A DNA stretch of 64,000 nt from Patescibacteria group bacterium (GTDB lineage Bacteria; Patescibacteriota; Patescibacteriia; SG8-24; DYFX01). Where the stretch lies: contig CP129476.1 of assembly GCA_030583805.1 (NCBI GenBank), positions 117,453-181,452 on the forward strand. The letters are read 5' to 3'. Of this stretch, positions 45,012 through 55,442 are shown one piece after another; positions within the stretch are counted from its first letter, which is position 1, and every line of letters begins with the position of its first letter. A program made the position numbers and the translations under genes. A model generated the notes under the pieces. It was not told where the DNA came from. It worked only from the letters and a program-made list of their open reading frames with translations, and did no database searches.

Positions 45012-47499
45012 GGGCGCCGAAGCTGGGGTCGTAGCCTTTTTCGACAAGCAGCTTTTTGGCGGCGGCGGAAACGTCCAGCTTGATGTGCTTGTCCTTGAGA
45101 CGATCCTGCACGCGGGCGAGTTGGACGTCGGCGATCTTCGTCAGGTGTTCCATCTTCAGGGCGTGGAAGACGACGGTTTCGTCGACGCGGTTCAGGAACT
45201 CAGGCTTGAAGGATTGGCGCAGGAGGTTCATGACGCGGTCGTGGAGGGTTTCGTCGGCGCTCTTTTCCTCGTCGGCGTCTTCGAAGCCGATCGCGCCCTT
45301 CTTTTTGCCGAGCTCCAAGATCTCCTCGGAACCGACGTTCGAGGTCATGATGATGATCGTGTTCTTGAAATTCACGACGCGGCCTTTGCCGTCGGTCAGG
45401 CGGCCGTCGTCGAGGATTTGGAGAAGCGTATTGAAGACTTCCGGATGCGCCTTTTCGATTTCGTCGAAGAGGACCACCGAGTACGGGCGGCGGCGGATCT
45501 GTTCGGCGAGTTGGCCGCCTTCGTCGTGGCCGACGTAGCCGGGAGGGGAGCCGATCATGCGGGCGACGGAGTGGCGTTCGCCGTACTCCGACATGTCGAG
45601 GCGCACCATGGCGTTCTCGTCGTTGAACAGGAAGGCCGCCAGCGCTTTCGCCAGCTCGGTTTTACCGACGCCCGTCGGGCCCAGGAAGATGAAGGAACCC
45701 ATCGGACGGGTTTCTTCGCCCACGCCCGCGCGCGAGCGGCGCACGGCGTCGGAGACGGCTTTGATGGCCTCTTCCTGTCCGATCACGCGCTTTGAAAGTT
45801 CGGTTTCGAGCTGCACCAGTTTCTTCAGTTCGGACTCGAGCATTTTGGAAACGGGAATGCCCGTCCAGCGCGAAACGACGTTCGCCACGTCCTCCTCGTC
45901 GACTTCTTCTTTCAGGAAACGATGGCCCTTCTGGAGCTTCTTCAGCGTTTCCTCGGCGGCTTTGAGCGCCTTTTCAGTCTCCGGCACTTGGCCGTAGCGG
46001 ATCTTGGCGGCGAGCTCGAGGTCGCCCTTACGTTCGGCGATGTCGGCTTCCTGCTTCAGCTTGTCGATTTTCTTCTTGCCGTCGCGGATGGCGGAGATGG
46101 CGTCCTTTTCATTCTTCCAGCGGAGTTCCAAGCCGGACGCGCGCTCCTTGGCCTCGGCCAGGAGTTTCTCGACTTCCTTCAAGCGCACTTTGGCGTGCTT
46201 GTCTTCTTCTTTTTCAAGCGCGCGCTTTTCGATTTCAAGCTTGGTGATGCCGCGCTTCAGGGCGTCGAGCTCCTGCGGCTGCGAGTCGATCTGCATGCGG
46301 AGTGCGGAAGCGGCTTCGTCGATCAGGTCGACGGCCTTGTCCGGCAGGAAACGGTCGGTGATGTAGCGGTGCGACAAATTGACTGCCGCGACGATCGCGG
46401 AGTCGGTGATGCGCACGCCGTGGTGCAGGTCGTAGCGTTCTTTGATGCCACGGAGAATCGAGATGGCGTCTTCCGGCGACGGTTCATTGACCGTCACGGG
46501 TTGGAAGCGGCGAGCCAGAGCGCCGTCCTTCTCGATGTGCTTCTGGTATTCCTTGAGCGTGGTCGCGCCGATGCAGCGCAGTTCGCCGCGAGCGAGCGCG
46601 GGCTTCAAAAGGTTCGAAGCGTCCATGGCGCCTTCGGTGCCGCCGGCGCCGACGAGGGTGTGAAGTTCGTCGATAAACAAGATGACGCCGCCGGCCGATT
46701 TCTCGACTTCCTTCATGACGGCTTTGAGACGCTCTTCAAACTCGCCGCGGAACTTGGTGCCGGCGATGAGCGCGCCCAAGTCGAGCGCGACGACGTCTTT
46801 GCCTTTCAGCGATTCCGGCACGTCGCCCGAGACGATGCGCTGCGCCAAGCCTTCGACGATCGCGGTTTTACCGGTGCCGGGTTCGCCGATCAGGGCGGGA
46901 TTGTTTTTGGTGCGGCGCGAAAGGACCTGGATCACGCGGCGGATCTCCTCGTCGCGGCCGATGACCGGATCGAGCTTTTCGGCGCGCGCGAGGCGGGTGA
47001 GGTTGCGCGAATATTTTTCGAGCGCTTGGTAGGTGGCTTCCGGTTCGGTCGACGTCACGCGCTGCGAACCGCGGATGTCCATCAAGACTTTCAAAACGGC
47101 ATCGGTCGTGACGCCCATCTCGGCAAGCAGGGAAGCGGCCTCGTTTTTGGTCTCCATGAGGCCGAGCAAAAGGTGCTCGGTCGAAACGTATTCATCTTTG
47201 AAACGCTCGGCGATCTTGTGCGCTTGGCGGATGGCGCGGTCGAGGTTTTGCGAGACGAAAACCTGGGTCGTGTTGCCGCCCTCGGCCTTTTTCGGCGCCT
47301 CCAGCCTGGCGCGCTTCAAGACGGCCGCCGGATCGATCCCCAGTTTTTTAAAAACGGAAACAACCACGCCCTCTTCCTGGCGAAGGAGCGTGCTGAGCAG
47401 GTGGTTGGCCTCCAAGACCTGGGAACCGGCCTCAAAAGCCAGGTTTTGAGCCTCCTGGAGGGCTTCGAGGGCTTTGGTCGTAAAGCGGTTTTGTTGCAT
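44884..47499 (-). CDS. clpB: ATP-dependent chaperone ClpB
   Basis: 871 aa. N-domain [21 protein letters not shown]. Two AAA+ modules ([16 protein letters not shown]) and a coiled-coil middle domain. Confidence 0.95.
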   Translation of the reverse strand: MQQNRFTTKALEALQEAQNLAFEAGSQVLEANHLLSTLLRQEEGVVVSVFKKLGIDPAAVLKRARLEAPKKAEGGNTTQVFVSQNLDRAIRQAHKIAERFKDEYVSTEHLLLGLMETKNEAASLLAEMGVTTDAVLKVLMDIRGSQRVTSTEPEATYQALEKYSRNLTRLARAEKLDPVIGRDEEIRRVIQVLSRRTKNNPALIGEPGTGKTAIVEGLAQRIVSGDVPESLKGKDVVALDLGALIAGTKFRGEFEERLKAVMKEVEKSAGGVILFIDELHTLVGAGGTEGAMDASNLLKPALARGELRCIGATTLKEYQKHIEKDGALARRFQPVTVNEPSPEDAISILRGIKERYDLHHGVRITDSAIVAAVNLSHRYITDRFLPDKAVDLIDEAASALRMQIDSQPQELDALKRGITKLEIEKRALEKEEDKHAKVRLKEVEKLLAEAKERASGLELRWKNEKDAISAIRDGKKKIDKLKQEADIAERKGDLELAAKIRYGQVPETEKALKAAEETLKKLQKGHRFLKEEVDEEDVANVVSRWTGIPVSKMLESELKKLVQLETELSKRVIGQEEAIKAVSDAVRRSRAGVGEETRPMGSFIFLGPTGVGKTELAKALAAFLFNDENAMVRLDMSEYGERHSVARMIGSPPGYVGHDEGGQLAEQIRRRPYSVVLFDEIEKAHPEVFNTLLQILDDGRLTDGKGRVVNFKNTIIIMTSNVGSEEILELGKKKGAIGFEDADEEKSADETLHDRVMNLLRQSFKPEFLNRVDETVVFHALKMEHLTKIADVQLARVQDRLKDKHIKLDVSAAAKKLLVEKGYDPSFGARPLKRLIQDVILNKLALQILEGTVKEESTVKVGVKDGEITVG

Positions 47500-47509
47500 G
47501 GAGGTGATA

Positions 47510-47536
47510 TTAGCACTCTCATAATAAGAGTGCTAA
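47510..47536. promoter_or_regulatory. CIRCE operator (HrcA-binding inverted repeat) upstream of clpB
   Basis: TTAGCACTC-N9-GAGTGCTAA is a perfect match to the CIRCE consensus. It ends 10 nt upstream of the clpB ATG. Confidence 0.8.
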
Positions 47537-47611
47537 TTTGGGTTGTCAAGACCGTCTTTTCAACGCAAGATGAAAAGAGCCCATCCACAACCACATGCAG
47601 GAGGTACGGGC

Positions 47612-48028
47612 ATGCTGGATTTGAAGGATTTTTTCAGCGAGCTTGGAAAGGCTCGCAAGGGCGTGTCGCAGGGCTGCAGTGCGACGTATCGCGCCGCCAT
47701 GACGCGCGTGCAGACGGCCATCATCGGTGCCATCAACAAGACGAACGGGCAGCTGCGCTCGCATGCCGATGCGGCCTTCGCCTACGTCGAAGGCCGCCGA
47801 CGGAATTGCCAGTCCGTGTCCGATCAGATCGAGCTCCTCTACGCCTTCTGGGAGGGCTTCAACCGCGGTTGGAGAGGCGCCCAGGCTTCCGGACCGGTCG
47901 ACGAGCACTACGACGCCGGATTCGACTTCGGCAAAGAGGGGAAGCTGCTGGTGCACGACTTCGGGGGCGAGATCACGCTCGATCTCGAACTCGATCTCGA
48001 CGACGATGATGATGACGATTCGGGATAG
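47612..48028 (+). CDS. hypothetical protein with poly-Asp C-terminal tail
   Basis: GGAGGT RBS 6 nt upstream of ATG. 138 aa ending in DLELDLDDDDDDDSG. Divergent from clpB. Confidence 0.5.
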   Translation: MLDLKDFFSELGKARKGVSQGCSATYRAAMTRVQTAIIGAINKTNGQLRSHADAAFAYVEGRRRNCQSVSDQIELLYAFWEGFNRGWRGAQASGPVDEHYDAGFDFGKEGKLLVHDFGGEITLDLELDLDDDDDDDSG

Positions 48029-48029
48029 C

Positions 48030-48057
48030 CCCCTCTCCGTGCGAGAGGGGATTTTTA
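48030..48057 (+). terminator. rho-independent terminator
   Basis: CCCCTCTC-cgtgc-GAGAGGGG hairpin + TTTTT. Confidence 0.5.
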
Positions 48058-48079
48058 TTCGATGTGCTAGTATACAAGC

Positions 48080-48832
48080 ATGCGCCAGACCATCGCGGGT
48101 GTTCCCATCGACGCTCTCACGTTTCAAGAAGCCGCCGCCCGCGCGCTCGAGTTGCTGTCCGATGATCGCCAGCACATGATCGTCACGCCCAATCCGGAGA
48201 TGGCCGTGCTGGCCGCGCGCGATCCTCAATTCAAAAAAATACTGTTCACGTCTTCCTTGGCGCTTGCCGACGGTTTTGGTCTTCGCTTGGCCGCTTGGTG
48301 GGAAGGAAAGCAGATTCCGGAGACGATTACGGGCGTCGATTTCGGGCTTGCGTTGGCGCAAATTGCGGAACAAAAAAAATGTTCGGTCTATTTTTTGGGG
48401 GCAGGGGAGGGGACGGCCGAAAAAGCAGCGCAGAACATTCAGCGCGTGTACCGCAAGCTGCGTTTTGCCGGCGCTTCGGCCGAACGCATTCGCTGGATCA
48501 ACGGCAAGTGGGAGGAAGAAGCGGATTTGATCGATCGGATCGCCGCGACGGAACCTGATATCCTCTTTGTCGCCCTGGGACACGGCAAACAGGAACGCTG
48601 GATCAAGGATCATTTGTCCCGCCTGCCCACCGTCCGGCTCGCGATCGGCGTCGGCGGTGCGCTCGACTACTATTCCGGAAAAAAGAAGCGCGCGCCGGGC
48701 TTTTTGCGCGCCCTGCACCTTGAATGGCTTTGGCGTCTTGGCGTGGAACCGTGGCGGGCATGGCGCATTTTTGAAGCGACTTTCGTCTTCCTGGGTTTGG
48801 TCTTGAAGAATCCCCGCAAAAAGGTACAATAA
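48080..48832 (+). CDS. WecB/TagA/CpsF-family glycosyltransferase (GT26)
   Basis: Length and conserved layout (GVPIDALTFQEA...HMIVTPNPEM...YFLGAGEGTAEKAA) typical of TagA/WecG. Confidence 0.8.
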   Translation: MRQTIAGVPIDALTFQEAAARALELLSDDRQHMIVTPNPEMAVLAARDPQFKKILFTSSLALADGFGLRLAAWWEGKQIPETITGVDFGLALAQIAEQKKCSVYFLGAGEGTAEKAAQNIQRVYRKLRFAGASAERIRWINGKWEEEADLIDRIAATEPDILFVALGHGKQERWIKDHLSRLPTVRLAIGVGGALDYYSGKKKRAPGFLRALHLEWLWRLGVEPWRAWRIFEATFVFLGLVLKNPRKKVQ

Positions 48833-48839
48833 GGCGGCT

Positions 48840-50327
48840 ATGGATGTACGCGTCCGCTTTGCCCCCAGCCCGACCGGAAGGATGCACGTCGGTAACTTCC
48901 GTTCGGCGCTCTACAACTACCTGTTCGCCCGCAAGCACGGGGGCGTCTTTTTCGTGCGCATCGAAGATACCGACAGGGCACGCCTGGTTGAGAACGGCAT
49001 TGAGGGCATCTTGCGGACCTTGGCGAACATGGGAATCACCTACGATGAAGGCCCGTTTTTGCGCGAAGACGGGACGGTCGAACAGCGCGGTTCCAAGGGT
49101 CCGTACACGCAGTCGGAGCGCCTTGAAATTTACCGTTCCCACTTGAACCAGCTGCTTGAGCACGGCGAAGCCTACCCGTGTTTTTGCACCCCGGAACGTC
49201 TTGAAGAGCTGCGCGCGACCCAAGAGGCGGCCAAGCTGCCGACGGGCTACGATCGTCATTGCCGCGACCTCGACCGCACCGAGGCGCAGCAACGCATCAA
49301 AGCAGGGGAGCGCGTGGTGTATCGCGCCAAAATGCCGAACGACGGCGAGACGCAATTTGAAGATGCGGTGCGCGGCAGCGTTTCTTTTAAGAACGCCTTG
49401 CTCGACGATTACGTACTGCTCAAGAGCGACGGATTCCCGACGTATCACCTCGCGAACGTCATCGACGACCACCTCATGGAAACGTCGCATGTCATTCGCG
49501 GCGAAGAATGGCTCTCGTCGACGCCGAAGCACGTGCTGCTCTACAAGGCGTTCGGCTGGAACCCCCCGCAGTTCGCCCACATGCCGCTGCTTCTGAACCC
49601 CGACCGCTCGAAACTCTCGAAGCGCCAGGGCGACGTGGCCGTCGAAGATTACCTCGATAACGGCTATCTGCCGGAAGCGCTCATCAATTTCGTAGCGCTG
49701 CTCGGTTGGAACCCCTCCGACGAAAAAGAGGTCTATACGCTCGACGAATTGACCGAAGCGTTTGAGTTGAAAGACGTCAATTCTGCCGGCGCCGTCTTTA
49801 ACCGCGAAAAACTCGACTGGCTGAACGGCAAATATTTGCGCGCCATGCCGCTTGAACGCCTCGCTGAGCGCGCACGGCCGTTCTTTGAGCGCGCTGGTAC
49901 CTCCACCTCGGCTTTTTCCGACGAGGAACTTGGGCGGCTGCTGTCACTTGAGCGCGAACGCGTGAAGACGCTCTCGGAGCTTCCTGAAGCCGTTTCCTTC
50001 CTTTTGGCCGACACGCTCGAGTATCCGACGTCGCGCTTGTGCTGGAAGACGCAGCCGGCAAACGAAGCGATCGAACGGCTGGCGGCGGTGCATGAACTGC
50101 TGCAGGAACTCGACGATGCCGACTTTACCGTTGAAAGCCTCGAAACCCGCCTGAAGGCGCTGATTTCCACGCACGGATGGGGGAACGGGGATACGCTTTG
50201 GCCGCTGCGCGTCTCGCTGTCAGGCCGTGAAAAGTCTCCAGGCCCCTTTGAAATCATGGCTGTTTTGGGTAAACTGAAGGTGATGCGCCGCCTGGAAACG
50301 GCGATCGATCGCCTCAAAAATGCCTGA
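48840..50327 (+). CDS. gltX: glutamate--tRNA ligase
   Basis: VRVRFAPSPTGRMHVGNFRSALYNYLFAR HIGH region. KLSKR (KMSKS) motif. Confidence 0.9.
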   Translation: MDVRVRFAPSPTGRMHVGNFRSALYNYLFARKHGGVFFVRIEDTDRARLVENGIEGILRTLANMGITYDEGPFLREDGTVEQRGSKGPYTQSERLEIYRSHLNQLLEHGEAYPCFCTPERLEELRATQEAAKLPTGYDRHCRDLDRTEAQQRIKAGERVVYRAKMPNDGETQFEDAVRGSVSFKNALLDDYVLLKSDGFPTYHLANVIDDHLMETSHVIRGEEWLSSTPKHVLLYKAFGWNPPQFAHMPLLLNPDRSKLSKRQGDVAVEDYLDNGYLPEALINFVALLGWNPSDEKEVYTLDELTEAFELKDVNSAGAVFNREKLDWLNGKYLRAMPLERLAERARPFFERAGTSTSAFSDEELGRLLSLERERVKTLSELPEAVSFLLADTLEYPTSRLCWKTQPANEAIERLAAVHELLQELDDADFTVESLETRLKALISTHGWGNGDTLWPLRVSLSGREKSPGPFEIMAVLGKLKVMRRLETAIDRLKNA

Positions 50328-51567
50328 GATGAATACAAGGAGGAAGTTTTACGTCACCCCGGCGCTCGCCGCTTCTTTTGTCGTTTTCTTGGCGTCCGCG
50401 GGCATGGCGTTGGGCGCGGTTTCCACGACGGACGGCTTCACCCAGGCGATCGAAGAGCTGAATGCCGAGATCGCCAAGAAAAAAGCGGACGCTGCCGCGC
50501 TCAAGAGCCAAATGGCGGCCTACCAAAGAGCGATCGAGGAGAAGCGCCAGGAGGCGGCTTCGGTGCGGAGCGAGCTGGAGATCGTGCAGAACAAGATCGC
50601 TTCGGTGGAGCTCGAGATCGAGTCCAACACGCTTCAGATCGAAGCAGTCACGCTCGAGCTGAAGCGCCTTGAGTCCGAAATCCAGGACAAGACGCTTCAG
50701 ACCATCCGCCAGCGCCAGATGATCGCCGAATTTTTGCGGCAAATCGACCGCACCGATCAGCGCACGGCAATCGACCTGTTGCTGACGCAGAAGACGATCT
50801 CGGAGTTTTTCAACGACGTGCAGTTTCTTGAGGAATCGCAACGCCAGCTCAAGCAGACGCTCGATACGGTCCAGGCCTTGAAAAAAGATCTCGAAAACCG
50901 CCAATCGGATCAATCCGCCAAGCGCGCGGAATTGGAAGGCATCCAGAAAGAATTGGTCGATGCGATCGCGACGCTCGACGAACAGAAGAGCGCCAAGATC
51001 GTGCTGGCCGTGCAGCTCCAAACGTCGGAATCGCGCTATCGGTACGAGCTGGCGCAGCTCCAGAAGCAGCAGGCGAATATCAATGCCGACATCGCCGCGA
51101 CTGAGAAAAAGCTCCGCAAGACGCTCGATGCCGAAAAGCTCCGCAAAGTGACGGGAGAGACGACGGGTTGGATGTGGCCCGTGCCCTCCATGATCGTCAC
51201 GGCCGGCTTCCACGATCCCGACTATCCCTTCCGCTACGTCTTCGAGCATCCCGGCGTCGACATCCGCGCTCCGCAAAGCACGCCGGTACGCGCGACCCGC
51301 GGCGGCTACGTGGCGCGCGCCAAGGATGCCGGCATGGGCTACAGCTACGTCCTGCTCGTGCATGAGAACGGCCTCTCGTCAGTCTACGGCCACATCTCGA
51401 GGATCGCCGTGAAGGAAGACACCTACGTGGAAAAAGGGGACATCATCGCCTATTCCGGCGGCGCTCCGGGCACGCCGGGAGCGGGCCCCATGACGACGGC
51501 GCCGCACTTGCACTTCGAGATCCGTCTGGACGGCATCCCGGTCAACCCGCTGAACTACCTCCAGTAA
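50320..51567 (+). CDS. coiled-coil M23 (LytM) peptidase, EnvC-like
   Basis: Signal/anchor. Long coiled coil. C-terminal M23 domain with HPGVDI and APHLHFEI metal-binding motifs. Confidence 0.8.
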   Translation: MPEMNTRRKFYVTPALAASFVVFLASAGMALGAVSTTDGFTQAIEELNAEIAKKKADAAALKSQMAAYQRAIEEKRQEAASVRSELEIVQNKIASVELEIESNTLQIEAVTLELKRLESEIQDKTLQTIRQRQMIAEFLRQIDRTDQRTAIDLLLTQKTISEFFNDVQFLEESQRQLKQTLDTVQALKKDLENRQSDQSAKRAELEGIQKELVDAIATLDEQKSAKIVLAVQLQTSESRYRYELAQLQKQQANINADIAATEKKLRKTLDAEKLRKVTGETTGWMWPVPSMIVTAGFHDPDYPFRYVFEHPGVDIRAPQSTPVRATRGGYVARAKDAGMGYSYVLLVHENGLSSVYGHISRIAVKEDTYVEKGDIIAYSGGAPGTPGAGPMTTAPHLHFEIRLDGIPVNPLNYLQ

Positions 51568-51615
51568 CCCGCGACAAACGTCGCGGGTTTTGGTATCGTC
51601 TGGCCGGGAGGCTGC

Positions 51616-51990
51616 ATGACGTCACGCAACCGGCTTCAGGACGACATGACCGACGAGGAAATCATCAGGCGGTTCGGCGAGAGCGCCAAGAAGATGCCCT
51701 GGCCGAAACGGATCGGCCGGCTCCAGCGCCGAGGCTACGTTAAGCCGATGGATATCTATCTGGTCTGGTGCCCTCGCTGCCGGCTTGCGCCGAACCGTGG
51801 CTTCACCGTGTCGAGCCTGCGCGGCTACGAGAAGCGCCTGCAGTGCGGCTACTGCCATGAGCGCTACGACCACCTTCTGCCGGAGCGGAAGGTAGGGGAT
51901 ATGCTCCTGAACCCGCACCGCTATCCGAGCCTCATCGCGCTCCTGCTCGCTGCGGCCGTCATCTTCTCACTGATCGTCTCGCGATGCTGA
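51616..51990 (+). CDS. hypothetical Cys4 zinc-ribbon protein with C-terminal TM anchor
   Basis: CPRC...CGYC pairs. C-terminal hydrophobic tail SLIALLLAAAVIFSLIV. GGGAGG RBS. Confidence 0.4.
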   Translation: MTSRNRLQDDMTDEEIIRRFGESAKKMPWPKRIGRLQRRGYVKPMDIYLVWCPRCRLAPNRGFTVSSLRGYEKRLQCGYCHERYDHLLPERKVGDMLLNPHRYPSLIALLLAAAVIFSLIVSRC

Positions 51991-52312
51991 GACGATTTTT
52001 CTTTTTCGCGCATCAAGGACCATGCCCGGATACCCCGCATAGACCCCGAGGGGAGCGGGTTCGGCACCCCGGGATTCCGCCTTAAGATGTGTCCGACAAT
52101 ATATCTTATGCGACACAAGAGCCTAAAGCGGTTTGGCCTGGGAATGCGTTTTTGGCCTTGATCCGCACGTGTCCGGTTCGACCACGCGCTTCGTTCCGTG
52201 TCGCCTCTCGTACGCTTCCTGCCCGGCGTCCCGATGCCTGGTATCTGACCCGGCCTCGTTTCATCCGTGAGCCGTCGTAGCTTGTGTCGTACATTGTACG
52301 ATCCGTTGCCTG

Positions 52313-53233
52313 CTAGGATTTCAGCTTGAAGAAGATCTTGTCGCCGAAGCGCACGTCGATGTAGTCCAGGTTCTTGCGATCAGGACCAACCTTGGTCTTC
52401 AGGATCGTCTGCGCGTTGTCGAGCTGCTCCGCGACCTCGCTGGACGCGTCCAGGTAGATCGCCCACCCTTCCGACGTCACGACCCGGAGCGTTTGGGCGT
52501 TGGCGCCGTCGATATGCGTCTCGGTGAGATATGGGGCGCGGTTGAAACGCGCGTCAAAAAGTTTCGGGAGGTCGATGACCGTCTGCACCGTCGCGGGGCG
52601 GACCGCCTGCTCTCGAAGCTTCAGCGTTTCATTCTTATCGTTAAAGAGGACGGGATACGGGGCGCGTACGCGTCCAAGCTGCTCGTCGAAGGTCGGACCG
52701 AGCCTGGGAACCACGTCGAGCGCCTCTCCGGCCTTGTAGAGCCTCGTGACGGTTCCTTGGAGATCAACCATGGCCTGGCTGCCATCAGGAAGCTGTACCA
52801 GGACCGCGGAGATGCGTTCCGTAAGGTCGATGACCAGCGTGTGCGGCGGACGTTTCGTGACGACCAGCGATTCGAGCACGAACCGTTCTTGGAGTGAGGC
52901 GACCAGGTCTTCTTCGGAAACGACCAAGATGCTCGCTTTCGGAAAAAGCAGCCATCGGCGACCGCTCAGCGTCTCTTTCACGGCGTCTTGAATCTCCCAC
53001 GACGGAATGCGGTCAGTGCCGTTGACTTGGATATCCGTCACGCGGAAGTTGGCCGAAAACGCGAGAAACCAGATCCAGCCGCCGGTCGCCAAGAGGCCGA
53101 TGGTGACGAGAAGGCGTCCGCGCCAGCGCCTGCGGTCCGCCTCGCCATGGCGCGCCGGCTCGAACAAGGGATTGGAAAAGGATTTGCGCGAGTAGTCGCG
53201 GCGGACGCTGCGCGTGCGAATCCAGCGGCTCAT
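52313..53233 (-). CDS. ftsQ: cell division protein FtsQ/DivIB (POTRA)
   Basis: Single N-terminal TM followed by POTRA-like region. Terminal gene of the ddl-containing cluster. Confidence 0.75.
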   Translation of the reverse strand: MSRWIRTRSVRRDYSRKSFSNPLFEPARHGEADRRRWRGRLLVTIGLLATGGWIWFLAFSANFRVTDIQVNGTDRIPSWEIQDAVKETLSGRRWLLFPKASILVVSEEDLVASLQERFVLESLVVTKRPPHTLVIDLTERISAVLVQLPDGSQAMVDLQGTVTRLYKAGEALDVVPRLGPTFDEQLGRVRAPYPVLFNDKNETLKLREQAVRPATVQTVIDLPKLFDARFNRAPYLTETHIDGANAQTLRVVTSEGWAIYLDASSEVAEQLDNAQTILKTKVGPDRKNLDYIDVRFGDKIFFKLKS

Positions 53234-54300
53234 ACGGAGGTTTTCAGCCGCTTGCGGCGCGCCTGGCGCTCAAGCGCCAACCGGACGAGACGGTCGATCA
53301 GTTTCGCATACGGCAGCCCGGAAGCCTCCCAGAGCTTCGGATACATGCTGATCTTGGTAAAACCGGGAATCGTGTTCACTTCGTTGACGACGAATGTGCC
53401 GTTCTTTTTCATGAAAAAATCAACGCGCGCCATGCCTTCAAGTCCGAGCGTCTTGAAGGTACGCACCGCCAGCGTTTGGGCTTTGCGCATGACGGAGCTC
53501 GAGAGCTTGGCGGGAATCATGAGGCCGGCGCCGTTCTCATCAAGATACTTCGCTTCGTACGAATAAAAATCGTGATGCGGGATGACTTCGCCGGCCACGG
53601 AGGCTTCCGGCGTTTCGTTGCCAAGGACGGCAACTTCAATCTCACGGCCGACGACGGCTTCCTCGATAAGAATCTTATCGTCGTACGAGAAAGCGTTTTC
53701 AATCGCGGCGCGCAGCTCCTTGTCGTTCCCGGCCTTGGCGACGCCGACGGACGAGCCTTGGTTGGCCGGCTTCACGAAGACGGGCTTGCCGAGGCGTTTC
53801 CAGACGATCGGAAGCTTCACCGTCTCTCCCCTGCTGAACGTCAAAAAATCAGCAACCGGAATTCCAGCATCGCGGAGCAATCGTTTGGCGACGTCTTTGT
53901 CCATGCCGACGGCGGAACCGAGAATATCCGGCCCAACGAACGGCAGGTCGAGCATGCGAAGCAGTCCCTGGATGCTGCCGTCTTCGCCGTAGGTGCCGTG
54001 GAGGACGGGGAAGATAACATCGATGGGTCCAATCCCCTCGCGCCCCGGCCTCAGCATCAGCTCTTTCGTTTTTGCGACGTTGATGGCGATCTTTTTGGGA
54101 TCAGCGGCGTGTAAGAGATACGACTCCCCTGCCGCGCCCAACCAGCGGCCGTCTTTGCCGATGCCGATCAGCGAAACGTCGTAGCGATTCTTGTCGATGG
54201 CATCGACGATGCTGCGCGCCGACAGCAAAGAGATTTCGTGTTCGGACGAGCGTCCGCCGAAAAGAATCCCGAGGCGGATTTTGCGCTTCGGCGTTTTCAT
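53230..54300 (-). CDS. ddl: D-alanine--D-alanine ligase
   Basis: IRLGILFGGRSSEHEISLLSA N-terminus. ATP-grasp core. Confidence 0.9.
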   Translation of the reverse strand: MKTPKRKIRLGILFGGRSSEHEISLLSARSIVDAIDKNRYDVSLIGIGKDGRWLGAAGESYLLHAADPKKIAINVAKTKELMLRPGREGIGPIDVIFPVLHGTYGEDGSIQGLLRMLDLPFVGPDILGSAVGMDKDVAKRLLRDAGIPVADFLTFSRGETVKLPIVWKRLGKPVFVKPANQGSSVGVAKAGNDKELRAAIENAFSYDDKILIEEAVVGREIEVAVLGNETPEASVAGEVIPHHDFYSYEAKYLDENGAGLMIPAKLSSSVMRKAQTLAVRTFKTLGLEGMARVDFFMKKNGTFVVNEVNTIPGFTKISMYPKLWEASGLPYAKLIDRLVRLALERQARRKRLKTSV

Positions 54301-55439
54301 ACGAGCTTGCGCGGCAAGAGCGGATTGATGCGCGTCACGATTTCGTAATTGATGGTATCGAGATGGTGGGCGAGATCGTCGGCCGTGACGGCAACGCGGC
54401 CGTCTTCGCCAAGCAAGATGACTTCATCCTCGGCGCGCACGTCCGGAATATCCGTCACGTCGATCATGCACATGTTCATGCAAACGCGGCCGAGTACTTT
54501 GGCTTTGCGTCCGCGCACCACGACTTCGCCGACGGACGAAAGCCCGCGGTCATAGCCGTCCCAGTAGCCGACGCCGAGCACGGCAACCTTGCCGGTGCGC
54601 GGCATCTTCTCGGTGAGGCCGTAGCTCACGGGCGTGCCGCGTTTTACGTCTTTCACCTGCGCGATCGTCGTTTTCCAGGCGAGCGCGGGCTGGAGTTCGA
54701 TCTCAAGTCCTTTTGCCTGCGCGCCCAGTCGCGTTTCCAACGACGGCCACAAGCCGTAGAGGCCGATCCCGACGCGTACCAGATTGAAATGGGTGTCAGG
54801 ATAAAGCACGGCCGCGGCCGTGCAGGCGGTGTGTTTCACGTCGGGGTGAAAACCGTGGGCCTCCAAAATTTCAAGCGCGTTTTGATAGGTCTCGAGCTGG
54901 CCGGCCGCGTAGTCGTGGTCCGTCGCGTCCTCGATATTGGCGTAATGCGTTGAAAGCCCTTCGAGCACGAGATGTTTCGCGCTCTTGATCATCTCGGCGA
55001 TGTCCGGAAGCTCGCGCAGTTCCGCGCCTTGGCGCGTCGTGCCTGTTTCCGCTTTGACGTGGAGATAGCCGCGCTTCGCAGCCTTCTTCGCGGCGCTTTT
55101 GGCGGCGTGTACCTGCTCGCGCGTCGAAACGGTCATGCGGAGCCCGGCGCGGATCGCGTCCTGCATGCGCCAGGAAGGCGTAAAACCAAGAATCAGGATC
55201 GGTTTCTTGATGCCGGCTTTGCGGAGCGCGAGACCTTCGTCGACGTTGTCGACGCCGAACCAGTCGAGATGCGGCTGCACGGTTTTCGCAACCTCTACGA
55301 GGCCGTGACCGTAGGCGTTCGATTTTACGACCGCCATGACGGCGACAGAGGCGCCCGCCCGACGCTTAAAAATCTTGGCGTTCGAAACCAAGGCGTTTTT
55401 CGAGATTTCCACCCAGGTTTTGGGGCCTCCTTTCCCCAT
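54297..55439 (-). CDS. alr: alanine racemase
   Basis: PLP-lysine motif AVVKSNAYGHG. Confidence 0.9.
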   Translation of the reverse strand: MGKGGPKTWVEISKNALVSNAKIFKRRAGASVAVMAVVKSNAYGHGLVEVAKTVQPHLDWFGVDNVDEGLALRKAGIKKPILILGFTPSWRMQDAIRAGLRMTVSTREQVHAAKSAAKKAAKRGYLHVKAETGTTRQGAELRELPDIAEMIKSAKHLVLEGLSTHYANIEDATDHDYAAGQLETYQNALEILEAHGFHPDVKHTACTAAAVLYPDTHFNLVRVGIGLYGLWPSLETRLGAQAKGLEIELQPALAWKTTIAQVKDVKRGTPVSYGLTEKMPRTGKVAVLGVGYWDGYDRGLSSVGEVVVRGRKAKVLGRVCMNMCMIDVTDIPDVRAEDEVILLGEDGRVAVTADDLAHHLDTINYEIVTRINPLLPRKLV

Positions 55440-55442
55440 ATG

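Noticed and set aside
44959-48009. Long plus-strand ORFs (278, 695 aa and others) inside clpB
   Set aside because: Antisense to ClpB, whose AAA+ motifs are unambiguous on the minus strand.
47546-48829. 427-aa minus-strand ORF
   Set aside because: Antisense to the well-supported 47612 protein and the WecB/TagA glycosyltransferase.
52000-52312. Possible tRNA (GGTTCGACC T-loop-like motif)
   Set aside because: Could not build acceptor or T stems around it on either strand. Kept only as a generic ncRNA candidate.
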